A DNA stretch of 57,787 bases, from IMG/VR virus record IMGVR_UViG_3300037605_000079, positions 1 to 57,787 of that record. One strand, 5' to 3'. Source of the stretch: a virus. Taxonomy: Duplodnaviria > Caudoviricetes. Below, piece after piece: positions 35,998 through 46,354 of this stretch. A program made the position numbers and the translations under genes. How positions within the stretch are numbered: position 1 is the first letter of the stretch; every line of letters begins with the position of its first letter. Under the pieces are notes generated by a model that saw only the letters and a list, made by a program, of their open reading frames with translations, was not told where the DNA came from and made no database searches.

Positions 35998-36742
35998 CGG
36001 GATTTAGTTTAATTTGCTCCTCGTATTCGCTTAAAAAAGTGTACACGTTGGTATCCTTCGTTTCTATGTAGTTTCCAAATTTGCCACCTGAAAAGTGCAG
36101 AACCACTTTACCAAAGCCACTAGTGGTAGGTACTTTCTTTTTCTTTGCATCTTTCTTTGGTTTCGGAAAAGCAATGGGAAACTGCGCCACTAAATGAGTT
36201 CGATTACCTTGGTAACAGATAAGCACTGCCAATAATGTAGGGATGCTTAATCTACTCATTGCCGAAGCCCTACTATCTAGTTCTTGCTTATCAAATGGCA
36301 CACGCTTTCCCTCATCATTCTTCTCGCGATAAAGTAATGCAGCTAAATACTGTAAGTATTCGAAGTTCTTAGTTCTGCACCATCCTAAGAATAGATCGTC
36401 GGCATGGGCGAATTCATCAATAGTAAAATTAGACAGCCTGTCTGCAGGTGGAAATAACTCTTCCTTTTTTAGCCAAATTTTAGTCAAAAAAGTAGTCAAA
36501 CCAAGCTCATCACTTAGCCATGGATAGTATTTTTTGATCTCATCTAAACTAGTGGAGTAGATCAATACGTTTAGCTTGATTCGTTTCCACAGATAAAACC
36601 AACGCAAATTCATTAACGCTTTGAGAATCATAAAATCAAAGTACTTTCCGGTTAATTCTGAATGTAGAATTAAGGAAATACGCTTCAATTGACGATCAGA
36701 AAGCTCATTCCACGATTGAGGTATTTTGATTTTTATCGGCAC
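35990..36742 (-). CDS. Phage protein (tail assembly chaperone candidate)
   Basis: IPQSWNELS N-terminal motif; FTIDEFAHAD. Confidence 0.5.
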   Translation of the reverse strand: MPIKIKIPQSWNELSDRQLKRISLILHSELTGKYFDFMILKALMNLRWFYLWKRIKLNVLIYSTSLDEIKKYYPWLSDELGLTTFLTKIWLKKEELFPPADRLSNFTIDEFAHADDLFLGWCRTKNFEYLQYLAALLYREKNDEGKRVPFDKQELDSRASAMSRLSIPTLLAVLICYQGNRTHLVAQFPIAFPKPKKDAKKKKVPTTSGFGKVVLHFSGGKFGNYIETKDTNVYTFLSEYEEQIKLNPDA

Positions 36743-37305
36743 TATTTTCTAAGATTAGCAATGAATGAAGTAAGCATGCTTAACGGATTAGACAATTTTT
36801 GTCCAAAACTTAAAATCTGATTGAGTAATATGATAGCAGCAATTACCCAAACATACCATGGTAGCTGATTTACTTTTTTACTAACATAAGAATCCACTTC
36901 TTCAGCTGTAGATTTATTTTTGATCAACTTACTATCTGAGGTAGTGGATTGGTTGACGGTTTCTCCAATAGCAGCTTCAAAATTTAACTGTCGACTAAGT
37001 AAGTCGTAGTAAAGCGTATAAGAGTTATCGCCTGACGACTTGGTTGTATTCAATTTTGAAAGGATCTGATCAACCTTATCATTAACTGCACTATCGAATG
37101 AAGAATCGGTAGACTTTGCCAATGGAACAGGCAAAGAAACTTTATCTGCTATCGGCTTATTAACAACAGTTAGAGCAGTACTGTCTTTTTTTATTGCAGT
37201 AGTTTCGACAGTAGTTTTCTCCACCGACTTTTCACTTACTTTTTTGGAGCCAAGGCAGCCAAATAAAGTGGCAGTAACTAAAATATAAATTACTAATCTA
37301 ATCAT
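36742..37305 (-). CDS. Lipoprotein with C-terminal TM (unimolecular spanin candidate)
   Basis: Lipobox LFGC; C-terminal WYVWVIAAIILL; follows the endolysin. Confidence 0.65.
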   Translation of the reverse strand: MIRLVIYILVTATLFGCLGSKKVSEKSVEKTTVETTAIKKDSTALTVVNKPIADKVSLPVPLAKSTDSSFDSAVNDKVDQILSKLNTTKSSGDNSYTLYYDLLSRQLNFEAAIGETVNQSTTSDSKLIKNKSTAEEVDSYVSKKVNQLPWYVWVIAAIILLNQILSFGQKLSNPLSMLTSFIANLRK

Positions 37306-37724
37306 GGATCTATAATTTCAATAGTGGTTTTTTCTACGCCCATAAGCGCATCATGGAATTTATCAAGACTCGCTCTACTATTCGTTACATCGTAATAACC
37401 ATCAGCGTCCATATCAAGCAGGCGATCTCCGGGAGCAATACACCCATTTAATTGATGCCAATAATTACTCGCGTGAACTTTACATTCCGAGCGATTTGGA
37501 ACATCCTTCAATTCATAGAGCTTTCGTTTAAATCGTGGAGAGTATTCATAAACTAAAGGATATACACCGGGAGGAACGTTAGACACATTACGCTCATTAT
37601 TCCGATCACCTCGCTCAATACATACAGTTGCAAATATGGGCTGACAATTTTCATTAATCACAGATAGTATACCCGTTGATTGATTGTCTGATTCCCACAT
37701 ACGTCTTAGAATAACTCTTTTCAT
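37302..37724 (-). CDS. DUF5675-like endolysin candidate
   Basis: STGIL, VPPGVY, YSPRFKR, DVPNRSECKVHASN...LNGCIAPG. Confidence 0.75.
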   Translation of the reverse strand: MKRVILRRMWESDNQSTGILSVINENCQPIFATVCIERGDRNNERNVSNVPPGVYPLVYEYSPRFKRKLYELKDVPNRSECKVHASNYWHQLNGCIAPGDRLLDMDADGYYDVTNSRASLDKFHDALMGVEKTTIEIIDP

Positions 37725-38338
37725 GACTTATTGTAAAATTTATTAATTCTGAACTCTAGGATATTCTCTACAATGGTAAATATTGGCGCTTTCTTCCCGA
37801 AAATATGCTCTGTATTATCTCCAATACTTTTAAAATCGTGGTACCAAAATATCGCCACCGGAGCCTTCAACAACAATTCACTTGTAAAACCAATAGCTCC
37901 TCCTAAAAAGCCTGTAGAATCGATAGTAATCAGGTGCTTGATAAAAAATAAATAACCAAGCAATGTGACACACTTAAAGAAAGTGAATTGAAGTTTAGTG
38001 GTTTTAAACTTTTTCAAGTTGTAAATCTTAATCTCTTTGCGATACTCAGGAGAAGAAGGATCTAACTCATAGGACCTAACAAGTGCTTCTTTTGATTCTT
38101 TAATTGACCTGCGTACTCCAAAGTAGGCGTCGACTAATACATTTAGTATCACTAGAAATAGCAGTAGATTAGGAATGCCAAAGAAATTAATATTCAAAAG
38201 CTCACCAACTAGCTCTACAACTCCTGTAAGAGCTGTAGTAGTAAGCACAATTACTCCTTTTGTGTCGATGGCCATATCTAGTGATCTCTTAACGTATATA
38301 TAGATTGGATTGAAGTACATTTCAAAGCAAGTTTTCAT
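37721..38338 (-). CDS. Holin candidate
   Basis: Multiple TM helices, KSIGDN motif, upstream of the endolysin. Confidence 0.6.
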   Translation of the reverse strand: MKTCFEMYFNPIYIYVKRSLDMAIDTKGVIVLTTTALTGVVELVGELLNINFFGIPNLLLFLVILNVLVDAYFGVRRSIKESKEALVRSYELDPSSPEYRKEIKIYNLKKFKTTKLQFTFFKCVTLLGYLFFIKHLITIDSTGFLGGAIGFTSELLLKAPVAIFWYHDFKSIGDNTEHIFGKKAPIFTIVENILEFRINKFYNKS

Positions 38339-38339
38339 A

Positions 38340-39461
38340 TCATGAATTATTTAGCTGCTGATTAATAAAGCATTGAATAGCAGCTTTACACACCATATCA
38401 ATATAATTGTAGTTAAGCGACTTTTCGCCTAGCTTGCTAGTGTGAACTGCATCAGGAAGAATCTCCTCCACTTCCTGAGCAATAAGTCCTGCACTCTTAA
38501 CTTTTCCGCTTGACAGCTCATAAAAGCTAAAGTTTAATTTCTTAAAAACTTCTAAAGCCATAGGACCATCAATAGGAGTAATATTTTGTTTCAACCGTCT
38601 GTCAGAAGTTTGAGTAAGTGTGGTGCAGGTGATGGTACCAACTACTGTAAGATCATGAGGTATGGTTATTCTTTTTAAAGAGATACCACCATACTGTCGA
38701 ATATCATTAGAAGACTCTCCTGCTAAATGATTCAACAACAGCCTTACTTTTACATAATGAACTCCTTTTCCGTTGGAATCATTATAAGAAGTATGAGTAG
38801 TAGGAATCGTGAAGTATTCTGAATACTTATTCCAATCAGATCCATCAGGCAATTCATTATCTGCTATCGAGTAAACCGTACCGTTATTTTCGCCAATCGG
38901 CTTCTTATCTGCATCATACATCTCAAGGCCATAATAGATACTTTGCTCATTATCGCCCGATATATGCCTAGCATACATTTCACCATATAACTTCTCACCG
39001 GGCTTTACCGGAATAAAGTCTGATTTTATGGTAAGATACTTCTTAGTATGAATAACTTTTGCACCTGCAAAGCCTACAACATCAGGAGTATTTCTATAAT
39101 CATCACTCGTAAGCGTTGCCGTTTCTTTAATAGTAAAGCCTTGATCACTGATATTATCGAAAGATCCACTATTGATAATCTTGGTAAGATCAAAGAGAAC
39201 TTGATCTGCATAACCTGTACCTTCAATTGGATTATTAATCACAGGAGATTCGCCACCAAGATTATGCTTTAAAACCTTATCTCCTCCTGCATTATTAAAT
39301 TGCTGCTCTAAGGTTGCAAGATCTTCGGCATTTTCTTCAATATCAGATTTCAACTGCTCATCATTATCAATGAGCTTGAGTAAATTAGTTCTAAGACCAT
39401 CCCCTTGACCATCGTTAGGCGAAGAGCCTACATTAAAATTTTCTTTATTAGTGTATGCCAT
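38340..39461 (-). CDS. Tail fibre/spike with C-terminal peptidase S74 intramolecular chaperone
   Basis: N-terminal NVGSSPNDGQGDGLR, carbohydrate-binding-like IPVKPGEK region, SDRRLKQNI...GLIAQEVEEILPDAV. Confidence 0.85.
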   Translation of the reverse strand: MAYTNKENFNVGSSPNDGQGDGLRTNLLKLIDNDEQLKSDIEENAEDLATLEQQFNNAGGDKVLKHNLGGESPVINNPIEGTGYADQVLFDLTKIINSGSFDNISDQGFTIKETATLTSDDYRNTPDVVGFAGAKVIHTKKYLTIKSDFIPVKPGEKLYGEMYARHISGDNEQSIYYGLEMYDADKKPIGENNGTVYSIADNELPDGSDWNKYSEYFTIPTTHTSYNDSNGKGVHYVKVRLLLNHLAGESSNDIRQYGGISLKRITIPHDLTVVGTITCTTLTQTSDRRLKQNITPIDGPMALEVFKKLNFSFYELSSGKVKSAGLIAQEVEEILPDAVHTSKLGEKSLNYNYIDMVCKAAIQCFINQQLNNS

Positions 39462-39463
39462 GG

Positions 39464-39580
39464 TTAATCAATATCGCAGGTTATATCATTTCGATCGCAG
39501 GTAATCTTATTAGAATCTGACTTAAAGAAAATTACAATTCCATTTAATCCCCTTTTCAATGATGTATAAATTCTTATCAT
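39464..39580 (-). CDS. 38-aa peptide (not in ORF track)
   Basis: MIRIYTSLKRGLNGIVIFFKSDSNKITCDRNDITCDID; ATG 4 nt after the late promoter, stop abuts the next gene. Confidence 0.5.
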   Translation of the reverse strand: MIRIYTSLKRGLNGIVIFFKSDSNKITCDRNDITCDID

Positions 39581-39584
39581 GATT

Positions 39585-39620
39585 CAAATATCAACCGATT
39601 CGTCAATTTAAAATAGGACA
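39585..39620 (-). promoter_or_regulatory. TGTCCT-type late promoter
   Basis: TGTCCTATTT-N19-ATATTTG. Confidence 0.7.
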
Positions 39621-39624
39621 AAGA

Positions 39625-40569
39625 CTACATCGAAACTACCGACTTTGAGTTGTACAAAATTGGACTAGCAGAAGACTCGTTAACTTCGAATTCTTCAAAC
39701 TTCTGCAGATTCAATTTGATCTTATCTACAGCCATTTTTAAATATTCCTCACCTTCAATTTGCTTATTCTTCTTGGTTCTAACTAAGAATTCATTCACTT
39801 TTAGGTTGATATTAGTAACCGTTTTCTCATACGGCAGTTCATCGAATCGCATGTGCATTCCTTGGCCATCCATAACGAACATACCATTATCAACTGTTTT
39901 CATTACAGTGTAAGCAACTATTGATTGCTGCAGTAATACCTTAACCTCCTTTCGCTCAGCAACAGTTTGTTTATTTTTCAAAGCCTTCAATAATTCAGAA
40001 CCAATACTTGGAAGAATAAATTGATCTTCCACTGATCTAATATTAGGAGTAAGAGCAATGAAAGTTTGGCGAGAATTAAAGATGTAGTAATACTTATTAA
40101 ATACACTTGTCTTATTAACGAGCAAGCTATTGTGTACAGAATAGGAGTCGCTTTGAAGCCAAGCAGAAAACTTATCAGGATTATCCTCCATCAGCTCAAG
40201 TAATTCATCAAGCGCCTCATGACCACTTCGCTTAAATGATCGCTGTAGTTCTTTGAATTGCTTATCTGTTGCAGGTGAGGAGTTATTTCCATCAACTACA
40301 TGGATCCCTGCATCATTTATCTGAACAGCACTGATAGGAAGACCTAGATAATAGGCTAAATTCGCTACAGATTCCTGAGCAAGATCAATAGCCTCTAGCA
40401 CTTTAGCATCAGTGGAGCTTGCTGACAATATATCCAATTGAGACTTTCCGATTAAAGGCTTCAAGAACTTGCGCTCAGCAGCTTTAATTGATGGCTTTAT
40501 ATTATCAAAATTAACGCTTGCATTAACAGGCAAGTACTTCTTAATCGTTGGTGTATCATTAATTATCAT
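39625..40569 (-). CDS. DUF6712-like phage protein (head-tail adaptor candidate)
   Basis: Follows the portal; two internally similar halves (AERKFLKPLIG / VEDQFILPSIG). Confidence 0.65.
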   Translation of the reverse strand: MIINDTPTIKKYLPVNASVNFDNIKPSIKAAERKFLKPLIGKSQLDILSASSTDAKVLEAIDLAQESVANLAYYLGLPISAVQINDAGIHVVDGNNSSPATDKQFKELQRSFKRSGHEALDELLELMEDNPDKFSAWLQSDSYSVHNSLLVNKTSVFNKYYYIFNSRQTFIALTPNIRSVEDQFILPSIGSELLKALKNKQTVAERKEVKVLLQQSIVAYTVMKTVDNGMFVMDGQGMHMRFDELPYEKTVTNINLKVNEFLVRTKKNKQIEGEEYLKMAVDKIKLNLQKFEEFEVNESSASPILYNSKSVVSM

Positions 40570-41906
40570 AACTGTGCAGCTTTTTGTGTCCCGGTTGGAT
40601 TTTTATCGAGAGTGGTAAGAACGGTGTCTTCAAATCCTCCAATTAAAGACTCGTCCCAACCATTATAATCTTGTATGAATTCCCAAGTTTCTATAGTTGT
40701 CTCTCGGTTTGTTTTCATCAATGCAGATAGAATAAACCAAGCTTCTCGCTTATCAGATCCTGAACCTGCGCCCAATTTCCCACCGGGAATACCTGCACCA
40801 ATTAATGAAGGATCTACACCAATCGCTGTAAGTATCTCCTGATTACCTGCAGAAGTATCTTGCAGAAATGCCCCATCTCCCAATTTATTATCAATAGGAG
40901 TAATCTTTAAACCCGGTAATGGATTTCCATTATCATCCTTATATACCATTGACATAATAGACTTTCCTGCATTCTTACTACCAGACAACGTCTCATTGAT
41001 TAGATCAACAAACTCATTCCTTATTGAATCTTTTTTTTCAGGCTTAAAGGTCTGCCAATCCTCCTTGTATTTTCTTTCAAAATACTCATCAGCAACTTCA
41101 ATATGATACTTAATATTGATCTGTTGCTCAAAAAATGACTTCTTGTACTGCGGAATCTCATTAGCAATATCTATCCAACCACTGTTAATACTAGAATGCC
41201 ACTCAGGTTTTGGATAATACTTTTCGTCAACTAAAGGATAGAAAATTGGCCGAATAAAGTTGTGGACTTTATTCTTCTTACAGAACTCTTTTACCTCTTC
41301 AGCAGACCAATAACTATCTATCAACTGAACTTGCTCAACATACTTTGAACCTTGGCCAACTGCTTCATCCCATTTGGATGAAATAAAAACGCTTGGTATA
41401 GATTTAGTCTCATGATCCATGATAGAAAATCGACAGTCAGCAGCTTTTTGCCGCTTAACTCTATTAATTTTTTTGAAATCTTTTGACAAAACATACTCAG
41501 GAAAAGCAATACCCAAGTATTCTAGATCAGTAATCGTCTCTTTCCAAAACCTATTCATTTGATTCTTTCTCCAAAAAGAGTTAATCTCAGGATAATCAAT
41601 TAAACTTTGTTGTTCAATAACTCGCTTACCTCCATCATTCATTTGCTTTGCAAATATGAATCCTGATCCATAATGAGCTTTTCTTGAAACTCTTAAACCA
41701 GATAAAGCAGCTCCATTCTGTCGAATCTTCTTAAGTAATTTTTGAGGAAAATCATTAGTAGACCCCCAAGATGCTATCTTACCATTGGTATATTTTGCAT
41801 CTACGATAACAGTTGTAACCTCAGAATCTGCCTTCTTTGGAAATGATATCAATGCTTTATCGTTAACACCTGCGATGGCTATGTCGCCATAAATAACTGT
41901 ACTCAT
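40566..41906 (-). CDS. Portal protein
   Basis: WGSTNDFPQ, YYPKPEW, LSGSKNAGK, GVDPSLIG, SGSDKREA, TTLDKNPTG. Confidence 0.8.
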   Translation of the reverse strand: MSTVIYGDIAIAGVNDKALISFPKKADSEVTTVIVDAKYTNGKIASWGSTNDFPQKLLKKIRQNGAALSGLRVSRKAHYGSGFIFAKQMNDGGKRVIEQQSLIDYPEINSFWRKNQMNRFWKETITDLEYLGIAFPEYVLSKDFKKINRVKRQKAADCRFSIMDHETKSIPSVFISSKWDEAVGQGSKYVEQVQLIDSYWSAEEVKEFCKKNKVHNFIRPIFYPLVDEKYYPKPEWHSSINSGWIDIANEIPQYKKSFFEQQINIKYHIEVADEYFERKYKEDWQTFKPEKKDSIRNEFVDLINETLSGSKNAGKSIMSMVYKDDNGNPLPGLKITPIDNKLGDGAFLQDTSAGNQEILTAIGVDPSLIGAGIPGGKLGAGSGSDKREAWFILSALMKTNRETTIETWEFIQDYNGWDESLIGGFEDTVLTTLDKNPTGTQKAAQL

Positions 41907-41907
41907 A

Positions 41908-42249
41908 TTAGTAATGAATTGTTTTGCCGTTAATCTTAATTATCTGGCGAATCTTAACTTTCTTAATATCTCCATTTTGCAATTCAAGATTCCTAGTTCT
42001 ATTCTTGTAATGTTCAGGGTTCTTTTCTGTTGCTCTAGGAGATTGAACAGCTTTTAAGATAGAAGCAGTAGAGGAAGCCTTATTCTTAGACCTAGACTTA
42101 ATTACATTTTTATAAGTAACAAGCCTACCGCCAGTCTTACTGTTAACTTGCAGCGTTCTAAATGTAATATCAAATGGAATAGGCAGCCCTGAATCATTGA
42201 CTTTATCAATAACTTGCATTGCTTGCTGAAATGATATTGAATTTTCCAT
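41908..42249 (-). CDS. Hypothetical phage protein upstream of portal
   Basis: NPEHYKNRTRN motif; ATG 4 nt after the late promoter. Confidence 0.6.
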   Translation of the reverse strand: MENSISFQQAMQVIDKVNDSGLPIPFDITFRTLQVNSKTGGRLVTYKNVIKSRSKNKASSTASILKAVQSPRATEKNPEHYKNRTRNLELQNGDIKKVKIRQIIKINGKTIHY

Positions 42250-42253
42250 GCAG

Positions 42254-42289
42254 CTAATTTCGCGCTACATTCATTTTTAAAATAGGACA
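42254..42289 (-). promoter_or_regulatory. TGTCCT-type late promoter
   Basis: TGTCCTATTT-N19-AAATTAG. Confidence 0.7.
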
Positions 42290-42549
42290 AATAAAATAAA
42301 TCCTAATTGGGACAAATAAGCATAATATTCAAATAAAAACTAAAAGAATTCAAGTGATTTACATAAAAAAAACACCATTCTTCATTTCATTTTCTCAAAA
42401 AAAAAAATTCATTAAACTGAATTTCAAAATTTAACATTAAAAAAAAGGGGTTATCAGTATCTTTTTTAACTGTCAATATCGCCGCATCCTTAGTAAAATG
42501 ACGATTGCCATTTAAAAATAATCAGGAAATATGAAAATCGATTGTGTGA

Positions 42550-44061
42550 TTATCCTGTCAAAGGAACTTGCCAGCTTTCTTGCTCAGGCTTGAGTAGCTG
42601 TCTATATAGATCATATATAGGTATATCAAAGGCATCGGATAGGTGTGTGGTGTGCTCCTGCCGCATGGAAGCATTCTTCTCATCCTTCTTTAGCTTCTGA
42701 ATTCCATTCTTAGATTCAGTTGCCTCAGCTCTCTCGAGTGATATTATTAGATCAGCATTGTTATCTTGATTGATCTCAATCTTTGGGAACCTAGAGCTAC
42801 TCGCCTTAAGCATCATGTTAATGAGTAGATACTTATCGTTGTGTGGAGCTACACGCTTACGTTTACTCTTATCATAGACTATCCAACCTTTAGACTTCAA
42901 TAGTCGTGCTAACATATCACCATAGGTCTCATTAGTACCACGTATAACCTTAGCATTACCATCATGACCGTAATACAGGTAAACCGATCTATTAGGTAAC
43001 GATTGGTAATAGACATCAAAATCATTCACTAAATCCTCCAAGTCTGAGGTCTCAGATGATTGGCTAGCCCACATTGACTTAAGCACTCTATACCTATCGC
43101 TAAGCTTCTGACTGATGACTGCAGAAATAAATGTACCCCAGTCAATTGATAAGATTAGAGGCCTTTCTTTATCAATATCGTTATCCTGTTTACAATTGAA
43201 TGAAGCCTTACTGTAGCTATCTGTTATTGACTCTAAGTAATCATTATTGAAGTCTGTATAGTAATGCATATCAGGATTAAGCTGCGGATAAAAGCCGTTA
43301 AGAATCTCTCTTGGTCTAATATTCAATATCTCAGCATTATAATACATTTCACTAGGAGATTCGTCTTTCATTTCCTCGAACCATTCCTCTCTAAGGTTTA
43401 ACTTATTCACCAAAGCCGAAGCCTTGATAAATGCATATTTCTTAGGCTTTCTCTTAGCAACTTCCTCCATATCGGTAAACCATCTACCGCGCTTGGTTAT
43501 TGGAGTAGAAGAGGCATATATCTCAGCTCCTAAAAGTGAAGCATTCTCAAATCTTGCCTCTTTAGCCCTATTAGTAGTCTTTACGTTGGTAAATAGCTTC
43601 TCAGGATCAAATAAAGCAGCTTCATCACCTAGTATACCAAATGAATTCAAACCCCTACCTGAGTTTGGGTTGTCTAAGGCGACTAATTGAAATACACTGC
43701 CATTTGAGAAATGAATTATATTTTCCCATTTATCGGGTGCGTAAATAGGCTCTAAGAATCCATCTCTTGCACCATTTCTACCAACTACATAATCATATCC
43801 TTCGTGGATGCCTAAAACCGCTAAACCCTTCTTAGTGGATGGAAGAGTACGCGACAAGATCTGCTGATAGGTTGATCCAACTAAAGCAAATGAGGCTCCG
43901 GGCATCTGCTCTACCATTTTCTTCATAAAGAAAGCAAGTATAAATGACTTACCTGTACCTCGACCCCATTCGAGGTATATTTTAGTTTTTTTTAATACGG
44001 TTACCGCCAGAACAGCAGCAAGCTGAGCAGCGTTAAGTGCGACCTCTAGATATCTACTCAT
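42550..44061 (-). CDS. terL: Terminase large subunit
   Basis: Walker A WGRGTGKS, Walker B ILGDEA, ASSTP motif, nuclease ISIDWG and HLSDAFD. Confidence 0.88.
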   Translation of the reverse strand: MSRYLEVALNAAQLAAVLAVTVLKKTKIYLEWGRGTGKSFILAFFMKKMVEQMPGASFALVGSTYQQILSRTLPSTKKGLAVLGIHEGYDYVVGRNGARDGFLEPIYAPDKWENIIHFSNGSVFQLVALDNPNSGRGLNSFGILGDEAALFDPEKLFTNVKTTNRAKEARFENASLLGAEIYASSTPITKRGRWFTDMEEVAKRKPKKYAFIKASALVNKLNLREEWFEEMKDESPSEMYYNAEILNIRPREILNGFYPQLNPDMHYYTDFNNDYLESITDSYSKASFNCKQDNDIDKERPLILSIDWGTFISAVISQKLSDRYRVLKSMWASQSSETSDLEDLVNDFDVYYQSLPNRSVYLYYGHDGNAKVIRGTNETYGDMLARLLKSKGWIVYDKSKRKRVAPHNDKYLLINMMLKASSSRFPKIEINQDNNADLIISLERAEATESKNGIQKLKKDEKNASMRQEHTTHLSDAFDIPIYDLYRQLLKPEQESWQVPLTG

Positions 44062-44632
44062 CTTCTTTATTTTCTTCTATCTCTTGATATTCGGCATCCA
44101 CAGTAAGGTCGTTAAAGTCTAAGGTACCTTTACCCAAATGCAGAAGTATGGCATTCTTCACCTCTTTAGCCACTGACATCTTAATAGGCTTATCTTCTAG
44201 CTTTTCAGGATTAAAATTAATGGCAGTATCTTTATCGATCTCAGAGTACTTACCCATAAGCTCTAGTGCCTTACCTATCGATTTTAAATCCTTTGCCTTT
44301 ATGGCCATCTGGAGATACTTGTGCGAATATTCAAGAAGAATAGCCAATGATCCTTCTCGCTCAGCCTTCATTACATTCCCAAACAATCGCTCAGCATTCT
44401 TGATGTCTCGATAGGCTTGAGCGCGACTTATGTCAAACTTTTCCATGATGACATTAACGCATTGCTCACGTGAATGAAAATTCTGACGCAAAGTAAATGC
44501 TGCAAGCCACCTATCTTTTAAAGCATTCTGATTTTCGGTAAGTGGGTACTTTTGAGGATCCTTATAGTAAGCGTACAGTCTATCGAATGAAGAGTCGCCT
44601 GTTTTAATTCTTGGTAAATGATTTGTTGCCAT
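44054..44632 (-). CDS. Terminase small subunit candidate
   Basis: HTH FDISRAQAYRDI; directly upstream of terL. Confidence 0.7.
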   Translation of the reverse strand: MATNHLPRIKTGDSSFDRLYAYYKDPQKYPLTENQNALKDRWLAAFTLRQNFHSREQCVNVIMEKFDISRAQAYRDIKNAERLFGNVMKAEREGSLAILLEYSHKYLQMAIKAKDLKSIGKALELMGKYSEIDKDTAINFNPEKLEDKPIKMSVAKEVKNAILLHLGKGTLDFNDLTVDAEYQEIEENKEDE

Positions 44633-44636
44633 GATT

Positions 44637-44672
44637 CAAAAGTGGCAATTGTCATTTTTTTAAAAAAGGACA
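44637..44672 (-). promoter_or_regulatory. TGTCCT-type late promoter
   Basis: TGTCCTTTTT-N19-ACTTTTG, 4 nt before the ATG. Confidence 0.7.
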
Positions 44673-44682
44673 GGAATAAGAA

Positions 44683-44922
44683 TCAATTTTCGATGAGACA
44701 CCAACAGAACTCGGATGTAGATCTCTTTTGTGGCACATATCCTAATTCCTTAAGGATATTGAATAATTCGTAATCGTCTATACAACCATTAGGAAATACT
44801 TCGAATAACATCAATAGTATATCATCAGTATTGAGCTGTAGCTCTTTTGGCGATTCTATAATGTTACCGGGGCTGTAGTTTTTTTTTATAAAACTCTTTA
44901 TTTCTAATGTCTTATCTATCAT
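44683..44922 (-). CDS. Small winged-helix-like protein (start probably ATG 44922)
   Basis: LNTDDIL...ELFNILKELGY..WCL pattern; preceded by a structured leader. Confidence 0.5.
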   Translation of the reverse strand: MIDKTLEIKSFIKKNYSPGNIIESPKELQLNTDDILLMLFEVFPNGCIDDYELFNILKELGYVPQKRSTSEFCWCLIEN

Positions 44923-44946
44923 AATTGAATGAATTGAAGCAGGCGC

Positions 44947-45062
44947 TGTCAGGTTCACTCAACCAATAAAGGCAGATAAGATACCCCGGGACATTACTGT
45001 TTACCGGCACCTGCCTATAACTATAGATGCAATTCATAATTATTTGATTGAGTGATTCGACA
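44947..45062 (-). ncRNA. Putative structured leader/regulatory RNA
   Basis: Starts just after TATATTTG; outer stem TGTC..TCACTCAA/TTGAGTGA..GACA, inner AGGCAG/CTGCCT and CCGG pairs. Confidence 0.4.
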
Positions 45063-45073
45063 TTGCAAATATA

Positions 45074-46354
45074 TCAACTATCTATATATTTCAACCATTC
45101 TTCTTTGGACAAAGAATTTCCGTTCTTTTTTATTTCAAAATCAAGGTTATTATCAGTCATATAAGAGAGCCACCTTCTTATATCTACATCCACATAAATA
45201 GGATCTAACTCCATTCCATAACAATTCCTCCAAGTTTGCTCAGAAGATATTAGAGTCGATCCTCCTCCAAGAAATAGGTCTCCAACAATATCCTTTTGTT
45301 TTGAACTATTCTTGATCAAATAATTGATAATTTCTACAGGCTTCATTGTTGGATGATCTGCATTTCTTGTTGGCCTATCAAATTCAAGAACGGTAGTTTG
45401 TTTTCTATCCGTATACCAAGAATGAGCAGCACCTTCTTTCCATCCATAAAGTATTGGTTCATGCTTCCAATGATAATCTTGCCTACCCATTACAAGCGAA
45501 TTCTTGACCCAAATCAAACATTGAGCTAATTTAAAACCTGAGTCTTTCAATGCATTCCTAAAATTTGCTCCTTCCGAATCAGCATGAAAGACATAAACTG
45601 GTGCTCCTGGTCTTGAATTTAAAAAACTCTCCTGATAGAAGAGGTATAAAAAGGTGTAAAATGAATCATTGTCCATCTTATCATTCTGAATTTTAAGCTT
45701 ATCCTTAGTGCCTCCTTCGTAGTTCACATTGTATGGAGGATCTGTGACAATTAAATCAAATTGAGCACCACCAAGCAGCTTAGAATAGTCCTCTGAATTA
45801 GTACTATCACCGCACATTACTCTATGATGCAACTTTTTTTGTTTACTTATTAGATCATAGACATCTCCTGTAATTGATATTGGATCCTTTGGCGGAGTTA
45901 AATCTACTTCACTCTCCTCTTCTTCTTTCAAATCATCAGGAACTATATCTTCAGGAATAGTAATTTCATCTAAATTAAGTCCAAGATCCAACAGATCTAC
46001 ATCTGCAAAACATTCTTCTAGAATATCAACATCCCAATAACCAACAGAAACATTAGATACTACATTATACTCTTTAAACTCCTGCTCAGTAAGAGTTCGG
46101 TTGGGCACTCTAACATCAATAAACTCTTCACCACGATCTAGGTCCATCAAAACCTTGACTCTTTGATGACCTGCAATTATCATCATATCTGTATTTACAG
46201 CAGGTATTTCTGCAAGGTTATACTTCTCAAGGCTATTCTTCAATTTCTGAAGTCGCTCAGGAGTAATTTTCCGCGGATTGTACTCACATGGAACTAAATC
46301 CTTAACCTTTATTTTCTCCGTATGCCATTCAAGTGGCGCTAACATTTCACTCAT
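45074..46354 (-). CDS. ParB-like N-terminal domain + N6A/N4C DNA methyltransferase
   Basis: YNPRKI, IIAGHQR, CGDS, TDPPYN, HPTMKP, DLFLGGGSTL. Confidence 0.92.
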   Translation of the reverse strand: MSEMLAPLEWHTEKIKVKDLVPCEYNPRKITPERLQKLKNSLEKYNLAEIPAVNTDMMIIAGHQRVKVLMDLDRGEEFIDVRVPNRTLTEQEFKEYNVVSNVSVGYWDVDILEECFADVDLLDLGLNLDEITIPEDIVPDDLKEEEESEVDLTPPKDPISITGDVYDLISKQKKLHHRVMCGDSTNSEDYSKLLGGAQFDLIVTDPPYNVNYEGGTKDKLKIQNDKMDNDSFYTFLYLFYQESFLNSRPGAPVYVFHADSEGANFRNALKDSGFKLAQCLIWVKNSLVMGRQDYHWKHEPILYGWKEGAAHSWYTDRKQTTVLEFDRPTRNADHPTMKPVEIINYLIKNSSKQKDIVGDLFLGGGSTLISSEQTWRNCYGMELDPIYVDVDIRRWLSYMTDNNLDFEIKKNGNSLSKEEWLKYIDS

